From contig JAQUPX010000004.1 in NCBI GenBank assembly GCA_028716385.1, positions 49,936 through 113,935 on the forward strand: a DNA stretch of 64,000 nt, written 5' to 3'. Positions 8,834-18,381 of this stretch are shown here, piece by piece. Numbering within the stretch: the first letter of the stretch is position 1; the number at the start of each line of letters is the position of its first letter. This DNA comes from a bacterium. GTDB taxonomy: Bacteria; Hydrothermota; UBA3073; JACQXS01; JAQTXJ01. The notes beneath the pieces were generated by a model. It had not been told where the DNA came from. It did not search any database and saw only the letters and a program-made list of their open reading frames with translations. The translations under genes and the position numbers were made by a program.

Positions 8834-9277
8834 TCATTTGGATTTAGTGTCTATATTTTTAATAGTATTAAAATACCCTGTCTGGTAAAAAGTAGCGTCT
8901 TCTAGATGGTACCCTCTTTGTTGGCACCAGTAGCAATCTTGTATGGCACAATCTTTTTTCTCTACTTTTTTGCCCCATAGTGCTATTTCGTAGGATGATC
9001 CGTATTGGGATGCAAGCTTGTTGTCAATTGCAAAAGCCTCTATGAAGTTACCCTTTTTTATTTCTCTTGTTATATGGCGTCCGTCTTTTGTTGCATCTGT
9101 GACCGTTGCAGGGTATAAAGAAACTCCCAACCACTCGTTTTTATCAACAACGCCGGATATTAATATGCTGGAGGGAATGCCTTCTTTGTATTCAATCGTT
9201 ACTTTTACAGAACTCTGAGCATAGGTTAATAATGCAACAAAAAGCAAGCAACAAACAGCAATAGATTTTCTTAACAT
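8834..9277 (-). CDS. Small secreted protein, unknown function
   Basis: Signal peptide MLRKSIAVCCLLFVALLTYAQS. Cys cluster CAIQDCYWC near the C-terminus. No family recognised. Confidence 0.5.
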   Translation of the reverse strand: MLRKSIAVCCLLFVALLTYAQSSVKVTIEYKEGIPSSILISGVVDKNEWLGVSLYPATVTDATKDGRHITREIKKGNFIEAFAIDNKLASQYGSSYEIALWGKKVEKKDCAIQDCYWCQQRGYHLEDATFYQTGYFNTIKNIDTKSK

Positions 9278-9332
9278 ATTTTCCCCCTTTTTCTAGTTAG
9301 ATACATATTCTGTATAAAAAGTTCCATAAATG

Positions 9333-10115
9333 TCAAATGTTAATTTTTAATCCTATTGAACAATAGGTTATATCATATATCTCAAAAACATCTTTTCCGC
9401 CAATACCTATTAATTGGATTCTTTTATTGAGGTCGTATTTAATTTTCCCTGCGATTTTCATTTTTTCTATGTCCGGGCGGTTATTAATTATTAACAGCCT
9501 ATCATCTACGTTGTAAAACCCTTTTCCATAAGCTGCGCTTATTTCCATATTGAATTTTGTCCAGAAACTTCCATCATAGAGTATATTTGAAGATATGGTA
9601 AGAGGAAAAGAAAAATATTTTTCAGTTTCTGCAATCGTGCAAGAAACTCCCGGCATAAGCCATATTTTTTTATGGAGTAAGAATCTGAGTTCAGGATTGA
9701 TCCGGTGTACGGCATAAGATATTTTACCGTCCCAATATTGTCTTACGTAGCAGGAGAATGCATATCCAAGTGTGTATATAGGATTATAACCGTAAAGCAG
9801 ACGGGTGCTGAGAGTTGTGGAAGTATTTTCGTATGAATCCAATATATGGAATCCGACAACTCTTATTCCCGTTAAATGTAGTATTTCTCTACTGTATCCC
9901 AAGGAGAACATATCTTGCCTGAAAACTGTTGGTTGCCAGTTTTCCGAGTAATTATCATAAGCGAATGTAAAGTAGTTTTTTTTATAATCCATTGTCCAGT
10001 AAGTAGAAATTGAGTTGCCCGAGATATTCATTGATGTGTCCGGGAATGCTCGAATATTACTGTGAGTAAAATAAAACTGTGGAGAGAGTAGGGTTATTAA
10101 AAAATGGATAAACAT
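9333..10115 (-). CDS. Hypothetical protein, possible outer-membrane beta-barrel
   Basis: Alternating aromatic/polar pattern, ends in a hydrophobic beta-strand (CSIGLKINI). Start moved to the ATG at 10115, which forms a TAATG stop/start overlap with the upstream gene. Confidence 0.5.
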   Translation of the reverse strand: MFIHFLITLLSPQFYFTHSNIRAFPDTSMNISGNSISTYWTMDYKKNYFTFAYDNYSENWQPTVFRQDMFSLGYSREILHLTGIRVVGFHILDSYENTSTTLSTRLLYGYNPIYTLGYAFSCYVRQYWDGKISYAVHRINPELRFLLHKKIWLMPGVSCTIAETEKYFSFPLTISSNILYDGSFWTKFNMEISAAYGKGFYNVDDRLLIINNRPDIEKMKIAGKIKYDLNKRIQLIGIGGKDVFEIYDITYCSIGLKINI

Positions 10116-10744
10116 TAATGCAGAACTCTTACCGTAACCATTGAGTTTGCCCAATTATTACTTGGGTCATAAGCTTTTGCCAGTATGGTGTAGGAGTTGT
10201 TGGGTAGAGGCATAGTATCCCATAAATATGTAAAAGGCTTGGTTGTGGATGTGGAAATAGAATCTCCGTTTACATAAAATACGACTTTTGATACATCTTT
10301 GTTGTCTGATGTCTCAGTTTTAACTTCAACCGTACCGGTTACGGCAGCGCCAGATGCGGGAACCGTTATAGCAATCATAGGAGGTTCGGTATCTGTGGTA
10401 TCTAAAATGAAGACATTAACTATATCAGAAAGTCCGTAATTGTCTTCATTATCGTAAGCTTTGGCAAATATAGTATGAGAATTTGGATTACTGCTTACAG
10501 AGCAGAGAGAGGAATAAGGGGTAGTTGTATCCGTAGAGAAAAGATCGCCATCTATATAGAATTCAACTTTTTTAATTTTTATATTATCAATAGCTTCTGC
10601 TTTTATTTCGAGAGTGCCTTCTATATATATATTGTTTGGCGGATAGGTTATGATTACTTCAGGAGATTCAGTATCTCTGCTTTTACAGCCTGTTAATAAT
10701 ACGACAAAGAAAACAACAGGTAAGAGAGAATAACGTTTTAACAT
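10115..10744 (-). CDS. Lipoprotein with two bacterial Ig-like domains
   Basis: Lipobox LLTGC after MLKRYSLLPVVFFVV (start chosen at Met25 of the track ORF). Two ~80-aa repeats (V.FY.DG...ST.TT.P....W...........I.AKAYD..N). Confidence 0.6.
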   Translation of the reverse strand: MLKRYSLLPVVFFVVLLTGCKSRDTESPEVIITYPPNNIYIEGTLEIKAEAIDNIKIKKVEFYIDGDLFSTDTTTPYSSLCSVSSNPNSHTIFAKAYDNEDNYGLSDIVNVFILDTTDTEPPMIAITVPASGAAVTGTVEVKTETSDNKDVSKVVFYVNGDSISTSTTKPFTYLWDTMPLPNNSYTILAKAYDPSNNWANSMVTVRVLH

Positions 10745-10819
10745 TAGAGTATTAGTATAAGAAAAATGGTTGTTTGTCAAGAGGGGAATTTTTTTAGAAT
10801 TAGAAGCCGTATGCATTAT

Positions 10820-12391
10820 TTAATCTAACAAAATCATTTTCTTAGTAAGGGTATTACTGCCGGTTTTTAACCTATAGAAATATATACCCGATGAGACTCT
10901 TTTATTCTGGCTATTCATCCTGTTCCATTTAGCCGTGTAACTGCCCGGGGTTAAATTCCCATTAACTACTGTTTTCACTAAAATTCCAGCTTTATCGTAA
11001 ATACAAAGGGAAACATAACTTTCTTTCGGTATCGTATACTCAATAGAAATTCCATATTTTGTGGGGTTGGGGTAACTTTGGTGTAATACTATATTCTGTG
11101 GTGTTTCGGTTTTTTGTTCCTCTACGGCAGCTAATACAAAAAAGGAATCGGTGTTCCCAATAGAAGGCATACTTGTTGAATCAGAGTACAAAAACGCTAC
11201 ATTTGATGGAGGCGGTAAATAGCCAAGGGAATCAGCTATGGTTTTTATTTCCTGCTTCTGCGTACTGTCCAGAGTTTCCCACACTTTAGTAAAATAAGTT
11301 GCATAATAATAACAAAGTGCTCCATCCAGCTCCCCATACTTTTCAGATAAGTTCAACACCGTATCACTGTCAGCTTTTCCTCCTGTCATAAATTTTCTTA
11401 ATTCTATAGATATGTCACGTCTTCTATCAACAATATGGTACACAAATGAATCAACTTTCTGAGTATCTACCAATCCTGTTACCAGAGGAGCTTGCGAACC
11501 ATTAAGAACTGCCAGAAAATCCTGTCCTGCAGTTGCCGTCAATTGTTCGTTTATGCTGTAATTCGGATTACCCATAGCAGGCCAGTCTTTTAAGTAGAAT
11601 CCCCCAAAGCAATCTCCCTGTCGTTCCGGACAAAAATAAACGTCTGCATCAACAGAACCTGCATACCAGCTGTACATTTCAGTCGCATAGGTCATTAAAC
11701 CTTGCCCCACCTCACGAGGAAGATGTAAAGTATCTACAGGATTTATAAGAGTGGTATCCCAATTACCTATCCCGCCCAAAGTTTTTAAATTATCCAGTGC
11801 TGTTTTTTGTCCTATTGTCATAGAATTTAAGATTTCGCCAAACAATTTTTCACGGTTATAACTGATTTGTCCGTCAATGCGGTATAATTGCCCCGAATAC
11901 TCCATAACCACTCTTTTGTTTAATCCTTTGCTACCTGTAGGCACGTCTCCATCCAGCAAACGACGGAATGTTTTCATCATAGGGAATCTGAAATATGCAT
12001 ATTCATTTATAAGGCTTGCCTGGTTTTGGGCTCTTGCTATCAGAGTACCAATTTGTTCTGCGTTTAGAATATGAAGAACATTATTGGAAATTATTGTTAC
12101 AAATGCCGTGTTGTGTCCCATACTGGTAGGATCGTTGTCACGCAGGTACTGGAATCCGGAGAAATCTGCTACTTTCCCGGGAGGAAGAAAAGATTGCGAA
12201 CCTAAGTTTCCCGTCAGAAAAGCAAGCCCATCAAAAGCGATTGTGTTTCTCTGGGCTCCATCCGAAAGGGTTTGGTCAATTGTATACGCATCTTTGGATA
12301 CGGATGCTATAGAGAAAAACGGGAATAAAGCAAAAAATATACTTAGGATACAAACAGATGTCTTTAACTTACGAAATGTTTCGCTTTTCAT
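10820..12391 (-). CDS. Secreted protein of unknown function with T9SS-type C-terminal sorting domain
   Basis: Signal peptide from the internal Met (MKSETFRKLKTSVCILSIFFALFPFFSIA). C-terminus YPNPTKYGISIEY...IYD..G...SGIYFYRLKTGSNTLTKKMILLD is the Por/T9SS CTD pattern. Confidence 0.6.
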   Translation of the reverse strand: MKSETFRKLKTSVCILSIFFALFPFFSIASVSKDAYTIDQTLSDGAQRNTIAFDGLAFLTGNLGSQSFLPPGKVADFSGFQYLRDNDPTSMGHNTAFVTIISNNVLHILNAEQIGTLIARAQNQASLINEYAYFRFPMMKTFRRLLDGDVPTGSKGLNKRVVMEYSGQLYRIDGQISYNREKLFGEILNSMTIGQKTALDNLKTLGGIGNWDTTLINPVDTLHLPREVGQGLMTYATEMYSWYAGSVDADVYFCPERQGDCFGGFYLKDWPAMGNPNYSINEQLTATAGQDFLAVLNGSQAPLVTGLVDTQKVDSFVYHIVDRRRDISIELRKFMTGGKADSDTVLNLSEKYGELDGALCYYYATYFTKVWETLDSTQKQEIKTIADSLGYLPPPSNVAFLYSDSTSMPSIGNTDSFFVLAAVEEQKTETPQNIVLHQSYPNPTKYGISIEYTIPKESYVSLCIYDKAGILVKTVVNGNLTPGSYTAKWNRMNSQNKRVSSGIYFYRLKTGSNTLTKKMILLD

Positions 12392-12601
12392 CTTATCCCC
12401 CTTATTTTTTAGATATTCATTCTTTAGATACAAATAATATAAAAATAGTTCCAAGTTTTTTGTTTCTTGTGTTATATAGGTTGAAAGTTTGGATGTTAAA
12501 AAATAGAAAACATAAAAAAAATATCACAAAATAACATAGCCACTTGACAAATTATCAAAGAAGTATCATAAATATAATATATTATTTTAAGAATGACGAA
12601 T

Positions 12602-12657
12602 CCAGCTATGCTGGATAAGTTGGACTAAGTCCCTGACGGAACAAAGTCCAACTAAGG
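12602..12657 (+). repeat. Hairpin repeat element copy A (stem AGTTGGACT / AGTCCAACT), in the 5' leader of the S8 protease gene
   Basis: CCAGCTATGCTGG mini-hairpin, then GGATAAGTTGGACTAAGTCCCTGACGGAACAAAGTCCAACTAAGG. The 3' arm abuts the SD. About 80 percent identical to copy B by eye. Confidence 0.7.
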
Positions 12658-12664
12658 AGGGGTT

Positions 12665-15055
12665 ATGCGTAAAATAATGTCTATCGTGTTTTTATTAGTG
12701 ATTTGTCCTATGTTAGTAAATGCAGGAAAGACTACGATACTTACTCCTGCAAGCGCGTATAAACCTATGAATTTTGGTGGCAATAAGGGAACTATTGATA
12801 CTTTGCATCCTCAATGGGATGCTTTTAAGATAGGTTGGAAATACACTTATAGAGTCGAATATGAGGCAACACAACTTACACCTGTTGCGGCATGTTCTGT
12901 TTTTGCGATATGTCACGGGGTTTCATCCAGATATACGAATTCATCAAAACAATGCAGCGTTTTTATTTGGGATAATTTGGTAGAAGCACCGGGAGAAGTG
13001 CTTTACAAGGCAAGAGTTACTGCTACCTCCACTACACCATCACAGGTTAGTTATAACTGGTATACTATAAATCCCCCTATATATGTTACAGGTCCTTTTT
13101 GGGTAGGAAATTATGAAATGGATACGCTTTATCCTACATCATCCGTAGATACCATTCTTACCATTCCGGGAACGAGTGCTTATATAGGCGCATCAGGATG
13201 GACGGCAGACAATGGTGATTATTACCAGGCAGCGGCTGTAAACTATAATGTATCAGCAGGAGATATTAGCGTGTCTCCAACTTCTTTAGAGTTCCAGATA
13301 GACAGTAGTTCAGCGAAGGGGATGCAATTATTGGCTCCTACCGTTTGTAAAGCAAATATAGAAGACGAGGCTTATTGGAAAGATATAGTGCCCGGTGAAG
13401 TAATAATTGGATATAAGAATGCGATTGATGTAAAGAAAGCAACTTTAAGTCAGCTCGGAATTGCGGAAAAAGGCATAACCGTAAAAAATAAAAATATGGG
13501 AGATAATTTTATACTTGTTAAGGTAAGTGGTGATATAGCAGAAGAAAAAGCTTTTGTAAAGCGTATGTTAGCGAGACCGAATGTGAGTAGTGCAGAACCG
13601 AACGGTATAACCAGACCTTTCAAGAATCCGAACGATCCGTATTTTGCTTCATATCAATGGGACAAAAGGAGTTTAAAGGCTCCTGAAGCTTGGGAATATG
13701 GATGGGGCAGTGATGCTATTTCGTTAGCAATAGTTGATAATGGGTCGCAATACTCTCTTGCCGATTTAAGTCCCAGGTATGGTACTGTTAAAGGAAGAGA
13801 TACATGGGCAGATGATGATGACCCTAAGCCGGAAACTCCAACAACGGAATATCACGGAACACATTGTTCTGGAATTGCAATGGCTACAGTTAATAACGGC
13901 ATAGGTATTGCCGGATATTCAAATTCAAGACTTTATTCAGTGAGGGTGATGGAAGCGGGCGGTGGGGATCTTGCAGCACTTGCGGATGGAATACAATGGT
14001 GTATAGATAATGGTGTAAAGATATTATCTATGAGTATGGGAGGAACTTCTTCTTATGCTTTTATTGCAACTAAATGTATAAATGCATGGAATGCGGGATG
14101 TCTTCTTTTTGCTGCATCCGGGAATTATGGAGTAGAACCCGTTGCATATCCTGCAGGATATAATGGGGTTATAGCAGTAGGCAATATAGCTTCCAATGAT
14201 GTCCGGGATTCTCAGAGTAATTATGGTTCGGCGTTGAAGTTTGTTGCGCCCGGTATGGGAATAGCGTCTTATTTTCCGGATGGGAATCTTAACCAGTTAG
14301 CAGGGACATCTATGGCGTGTCCGCAGGTTGCGGGTGGTGCAGCGCTTGTGTGGTCGGCGAATCCATCATTAACAAATGCGGAAGTAAGGGATATACTAAT
14401 TAATACGGCGACAGATCTTGGAACTACGGGTTGGGATAAGTATTATGGGTACGGTAAGCCCGATCTTCAGAAAGCAGTTGAAGCGGCAATGACAGGGATA
14501 AATAATCCTGCGGATACAGGAATGTTAACCGTTTATAATTCGTCCTCTGCAACCGGGGCTTTATGTGTTACGGATATTACACATAAGCAAAGCTGGATTA
14601 AGTCTGTGGACCCGAAAGTTTTTAATGTAGCGATTGGTAGTTCCAATGGAGTTACGGTTATAGTTCAAGCTGCACTTCCACTGGGAACGTATTACGATAC
14701 TTTGTTGATAAGATCAACGGATACGGATAAAGACCCGTTAGCCGTACCGGTTACTCTTACCGTTGCTAGTACTGCAATTGAAGAAATGAAAACTTCTGAA
14801 TTTAATTTCAGAGTTTTAAACAATCCGACTACGAAGTTTGTAGGTATCAGTTTTAATATTCCTGATGCCAAGAATGTTACATTAAAAATGTATGATGCGG
14901 GCGGAAGAAATGTAAAAACGCTTATTGATAATTCTAATATAAGTGGCAGTTATAATTCAAAAATTAGTATTGGGACTTTGAGTTCGGGAATATATTTTGC
15001 TGTGCTGCAAGTTGGAGATAGACGGATAAGCAAAAAGATTACGTTGGTGAGGTAA
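12665..15055 (+). CDS. Subtilisin-like serine protease (peptidase S8) with T9SS-type C-terminal sorting domain
   Basis: Catalytic triad contexts AIVDNG (Asp), HGTHCSGIA (His), GTSMACPQVAG (Ser). Signal peptide present. C-terminal GIYFAVLQVGDRRISKKITLVR CTD. GGAGGGG SD. Confidence 0.85.
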   Translation: MRKIMSIVFLLVICPMLVNAGKTTILTPASAYKPMNFGGNKGTIDTLHPQWDAFKIGWKYTYRVEYEATQLTPVAACSVFAICHGVSSRYTNSSKQCSVFIWDNLVEAPGEVLYKARVTATSTTPSQVSYNWYTINPPIYVTGPFWVGNYEMDTLYPTSSVDTILTIPGTSAYIGASGWTADNGDYYQAAAVNYNVSAGDISVSPTSLEFQIDSSSAKGMQLLAPTVCKANIEDEAYWKDIVPGEVIIGYKNAIDVKKATLSQLGIAEKGITVKNKNMGDNFILVKVSGDIAEEKAFVKRMLARPNVSSAEPNGITRPFKNPNDPYFASYQWDKRSLKAPEAWEYGWGSDAISLAIVDNGSQYSLADLSPRYGTVKGRDTWADDDDPKPETPTTEYHGTHCSGIAMATVNNGIGIAGYSNSRLYSVRVMEAGGGDLAALADGIQWCIDNGVKILSMSMGGTSSYAFIATKCINAWNAGCLLFAASGNYGVEPVAYPAGYNGVIAVGNIASNDVRDSQSNYGSALKFVAPGMGIASYFPDGNLNQLAGTSMACPQVAGGAALVWSANPSLTNAEVRDILINTATDLGTTGWDKYYGYGKPDLQKAVEAAMTGINNPADTGMLTVYNSSSATGALCVTDITHKQSWIKSVDPKVFNVAIGSSNGVTVIVQAALPLGTYYDTLLIRSTDTDKDPLAVPVTLTVASTAIEEMKTSEFNFRVLNNPTTKFVGISFNIPDAKNVTLKMYDAGGRNVKTLIDNSNISGSYNSKISIGTLSSGIYFAVLQVGDRRISKKITLVR

Positions 15056-15191
15056 GGGAGAGGAGAAAACAGTAGTAGATAGTAGGTAGAAGATAGTGAA
15101 CAGGGCATTAACTTCGTTCAGGGTGACCAGTACTAAAGTCTGGTAAATTTTTGGTTGACAATAAGGGTATAATAGATTAGACTACAAAATA

Positions 15192-15491
15192 ATGGAACCA
15201 CAGCAGCCGATTGGGCAACAAATTCAAGTAGAGCTTAGCGAAGAGTCGGGACAGGGGACATATTCAAATTTGGCAATTGTCTCTCATTCACCCTCGGAAT
15301 TTATTATTGATTTTACCAGGATTTTGCCGGGACTTAAAAAAGCTAAGGTCTATTCAAGGATTATCCTAACTCCTTCACATGCAAAAGCTCTTATGCACAC
15401 ACTAAAGGATAATATAGAAAAATATGAAAAACAGTTTGGCGAAATAAAAATTAATATAGATGAACACAAAGAAGTAGGATTCAGGGGATAA
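15192..15491 (+). CDS. DUF3467-family protein
   Basis: YSNLAIVSHSPSEFIIDFTRILPG...AKVYSRIILTPSHAKALMHTLKDNIEKYEKQFGEI resembles DUF3467. Confidence 0.55.
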   Translation: MEPQQPIGQQIQVELSEESGQGTYSNLAIVSHSPSEFIIDFTRILPGLKKAKVYSRIILTPSHAKALMHTLKDNIEKYEKQFGEIKINIDEHKEVGFRG

Positions 15492-15494
15492 AAC

Positions 15495-16019
15495 ATGCAA
15501 CTAAACGAACTTAAGAAACTTATAAAAATGCTCGAAGAGAGTAATGTAGAGGAAATAGAGATAAAAGGTTTTTTGGGGAGAACGGTTCGTGTTACAAAGA
15601 AAAGAGCAGATACTAAAGTTGTCCAGAGAGGAATAGAAAAAGAAACAAAAGCCCCGGAAACACCTCAGATTAGTGCAGTAATATCTGAACCAGTGCAAGA
15701 GTTAACGAAAGAGGTACCGAAAGAGCCCGTTGTGACTCCTGCGGTACAGTCTGCACCTAAAACCGCAGAGCCACAAAAGAACCTCGTTTCCATAAACGCA
15801 CCTATAATAGGGACATTTTACCGTGCTTCTTCACCCGGAGCGAAGCCTTATATAGAGGTTGGTGACAGAGTTACTACCGGTAAAATAGTGTGTATTCTTG
15901 AAGCAATGAAAGTAATGAATGAAATAGAGGCTGAAGTATCAGGTGTAGTACGTGAGATACTTGTAGAAAATGGCAAGCCAGTTGAATACGGACAACCTTT
16001 ATTTATGTTAGAATGCTGA
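15495..16019 (+). CDS. accB: Acetyl-CoA carboxylase biotin carboxyl carrier protein
   Basis: Ala/Pro-rich linker and biotinylation motif CILEAMKVMNEIEAE. Overlaps accC. Confidence 0.9.
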   Translation: MQLNELKKLIKMLEESNVEEIEIKGFLGRTVRVTKKRADTKVVQRGIEKETKAPETPQISAVISEPVQELTKEVPKEPVVTPAVQSAPKTAEPQKNLVSINAPIIGTFYRASSPGAKPYIEVGDRVTTGKIVCILEAMKVMNEIEAEVSGVVREILVENGKPVEYGQPLFMLEC

Positions 16020-17371
16020 AAAAAATACTTATTGCTAACCGCGGTGAAATTGCTATCAGAATTATCCGAGCCTGTAAGGAATTGGGTATAAAAACTGTAG
16101 CAATTTACTCGGAACGTGATTCAAATTCACTTCATACGAAATTTGCGGATGAATCGGTATGTGTAGGACCTTCTTCATCTGCATTATCTTATCTATCTAT
16201 TCCAAATATAATCAGTGTATGCGAGTTAACCGGTGTAGATGGCGTACATCCCGGATATGGTTTTTTAGCGGAAAGTGCTAGGTTTGCCGAGATTTGTGAA
16301 GAGAATGGGTTTAAGTTTATAGGGCCTTCCCCGGATGCAATTATGGCATCGGGAGATAAAGTTAATGCCAAGAGAGTTGCAAAAGAAATCGGAATACCTG
16401 TTATTCCCGGGACTGCAGAACCTGTGAAATCCATAGAAGAAGCTTTTGAAATTGCAAACAATACAGGGTATCCTGTTATAATAAAAGCGGCGCTTGGCGG
16501 TGGTGGCAGGGGAATGAGAGTTGTAACCAATAGTGATGACTTGCAAAAATTATTTTTGATGGCGAAACAAGAAGCTAAATTAGCATTTGGAGATGACAAA
16601 ATATATATTGAAAAATATCTTGAAAATCCAAGACACATTGAAGTGCAGATTCTTGCCGCGGATGGAGACGCTATCTGGCTTGGGGAAAGAGAATGTTCTA
16701 TCCAGAGAAGACACCAAAAGTTGATAGAAGAAGCACCTTCACCTGTGGTTAGTGATGCTGACCGTGTAAAATTAGGCGCATATGCCGTTAAGTTAGCCAA
16801 AGCTATTAACTACAGTTCGGCAGGAACTCTTGAGTTTTTGCGTGACAAACAGGGAAATTTTTATTTTATGGAAATAAATGCAAGAATTCAAGTTGAACAT
16901 CCCGTTAGCGAGATGGTAACCGGGATTGATATTGTGAAAGAGCAATTAAATATTGCGATGGAAAATAAATTAAACATTAAACAATCGGATGTAAAAATTA
17001 AAGGACATGCAATAGAATGTAGAATTAACGCAGAAGACCCGTTAAATGGCTTCAGACCTTGTCCCGGGAAAATTAAAGCACTTTATATTCCCGGTGGGCC
17101 GGGTATTCGGATAGAAACTCACATATACAGCGGGTATGATATCCCGCCTGATTATGATTCTTTGATTGCCAAACTTATTGCTTACGATGAAACTCGTCCT
17201 CAGTGTATAAAAAGATTAGAGCGCGCATTAAGCGAGTTTTTGGTTGAAGGTATTTATACTACCGTTTCATTTCATCAGAATATAATAAAAGAAAAAGATT
17301 TCATTGATGGCAATTTTGACGTTAATTTCATAGAGGAACATAAAGCTAACTGGGACACAGTAAAAACTTAG
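16013..17371 (+). CDS. accC: Acetyl-CoA carboxylase biotin carboxylase subunit
   Basis: KILIANRGEIAIRIIRACKELGI, GGGGRGMRVV, FMEINARIQVEHPVSE. Full-length ATP-grasp biotin carboxylase. Confidence 0.95.
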   Translation: MLKKILIANRGEIAIRIIRACKELGIKTVAIYSERDSNSLHTKFADESVCVGPSSSALSYLSIPNIISVCELTGVDGVHPGYGFLAESARFAEICEENGFKFIGPSPDAIMASGDKVNAKRVAKEIGIPVIPGTAEPVKSIEEAFEIANNTGYPVIIKAALGGGGRGMRVVTNSDDLQKLFLMAKQEAKLAFGDDKIYIEKYLENPRHIEVQILAADGDAIWLGERECSIQRRHQKLIEEAPSPVVSDADRVKLGAYAVKLAKAINYSSAGTLEFLRDKQGNFYFMEINARIQVEHPVSEMVTGIDIVKEQLNIAMENKLNIKQSDVKIKGHAIECRINAEDPLNGFRPCPGKIKALYIPGGPGIRIETHIYSGYDIPPDYDSLIAKLIAYDETRPQCIKRLERALSEFLVEGIYTTVSFHQNIIKEKDFIDGNFDVNFIEEHKANWDTVKT

Positions 17372-17373
17372 AG

Positions 17374-18381
17374 ATGAGCTATCCATCGAAGAAAAATTCC
17401 TACGAGTCTTATATAACCGAACTGCAAAAAGATATAAAACCTGCCTACCTGATTATAGGGGATGATGGTTTTTCCAAAACAAAATTTGTAGAATACATAG
17501 AAAAACAACTTATAAAACCCGATTTTCGTTCCATAGACAGGCTTCTTACTTATGGAGATGAAATTAATGAAAATATGCTTTCGTGGTTATGGCTTATGCC
17601 TTTTGCCTCTAAAAAACGGTTACTTATAGTCAGAGGAGCTGAAGTAATGCTTGAAAAAGAATATGCCGGGATTACATCTAAGATTCAATCTTATCTTGAT
17701 AAACCATCATTTTCCGGGGTTCTGGTAATAGTTGCAGAGCCGCTTCCCAGAAATAAATTAAAATACAAACCTAAAAAAGAATTATCATTTAACAATATTG
17801 AAACCTGTGAATTTAAGAAATTGGACAAAGGCGATATAGGGGATACGATTAGAAGAAAATTAAGAAACGAAAAGGTTACAATGGAAAAAGAAGGAATTGA
17901 ACTTCTAAAAGAAATTTTTGGAAATGATTTGAATATGTTGAGAACGGAAATAGACAAAATTATTAGCTTTGTTGCGCCTTCAAAAGACATAAAACTTAGT
18001 GATGTAGAAGCTATGCAATCTTACAGTCTGGAAGGCTCCATATACAATTTAACTCGCTCAATAGGGAAAAGAGAACGAACAAAAGCGATAGAGACATTGG
18101 AGTTATTGCTCAATTTAAGAGAAAAATCAGGTGGGGAAAAGGCAACCGGAGTTTTATGGGAAATTAATAAGTATTTTGAGAATCTGTTAAAGTTAAAAAC
18201 TCATCCGGAAGAGTGTAAGGGGGGGAAGTTCTACTATATAAGAGGAGATGCTAGTTTATGGGAAGAAAGAAGTATAGTTAATGCATTTGCAAAGATATTT
18301 GATGCTGAATTTGCAATTAAAACGGGTAAAGGAGAACCTGACCTTGTAGTAACAAAATTAATATATAATCTATGCTCATAA
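17374..18381 (+). CDS. holA: DNA polymerase III delta subunit
   Basis: 335 aa. PAYLIIGDDGF..., MPFASKKRLLIVRGAE and a C-terminal helical domain fit the HolA layout. Assignment from pattern only. Confidence 0.6.
   Translation: MSYPSKKNSYESYITELQKDIKPAYLIIGDDGFSKTKFVEYIEKQLIKPDFRSIDRLLTYGDEINENMLSWLWLMPFASKKRLLIVRGAEVMLEKEYAGITSKIQSYLDKPSFSGVLVIVAEPLPRNKLKYKPKKELSFNNIETCEFKKLDKGDIGDTIRRKLRNEKVTMEKEGIELLKEIFGNDLNMLRTEIDKIISFVAPSKDIKLSDVEAMQSYSLEGSIYNLTRSIGKRERTKAIETLELLLNLREKSGGEKATGVLWEINKYFENLLKLKTHPEECKGGKFYYIRGDASLWEERSIVNAFAKIFDAEFAIKTGKGEPDLVVTKLIYNLCS

Noticed and set aside
12602-12657. Reading the hairpin element before the S8 protease SD as a preQ1-type or other known riboswitch
   Set aside because: Only the ...CTAAGG tail is reminiscent. 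Stem length, loop size and conserved nucleotides do not fit any riboswitch class I can recall, and the element also occurs away from gene starts.
16189-16800. 203-aa minus-strand ORF inside accC. Similar antisense ORFs occur at 38215-38724, 47907-48443, 56136-56570, 61495-61944, 30385-30816, 12084-12437 and elsewhere.
   Set aside because: All lie opposite strongly supported genes, have Ser/Pro/Ile-rich shadow composition, and lack SDs and recognisable domains.
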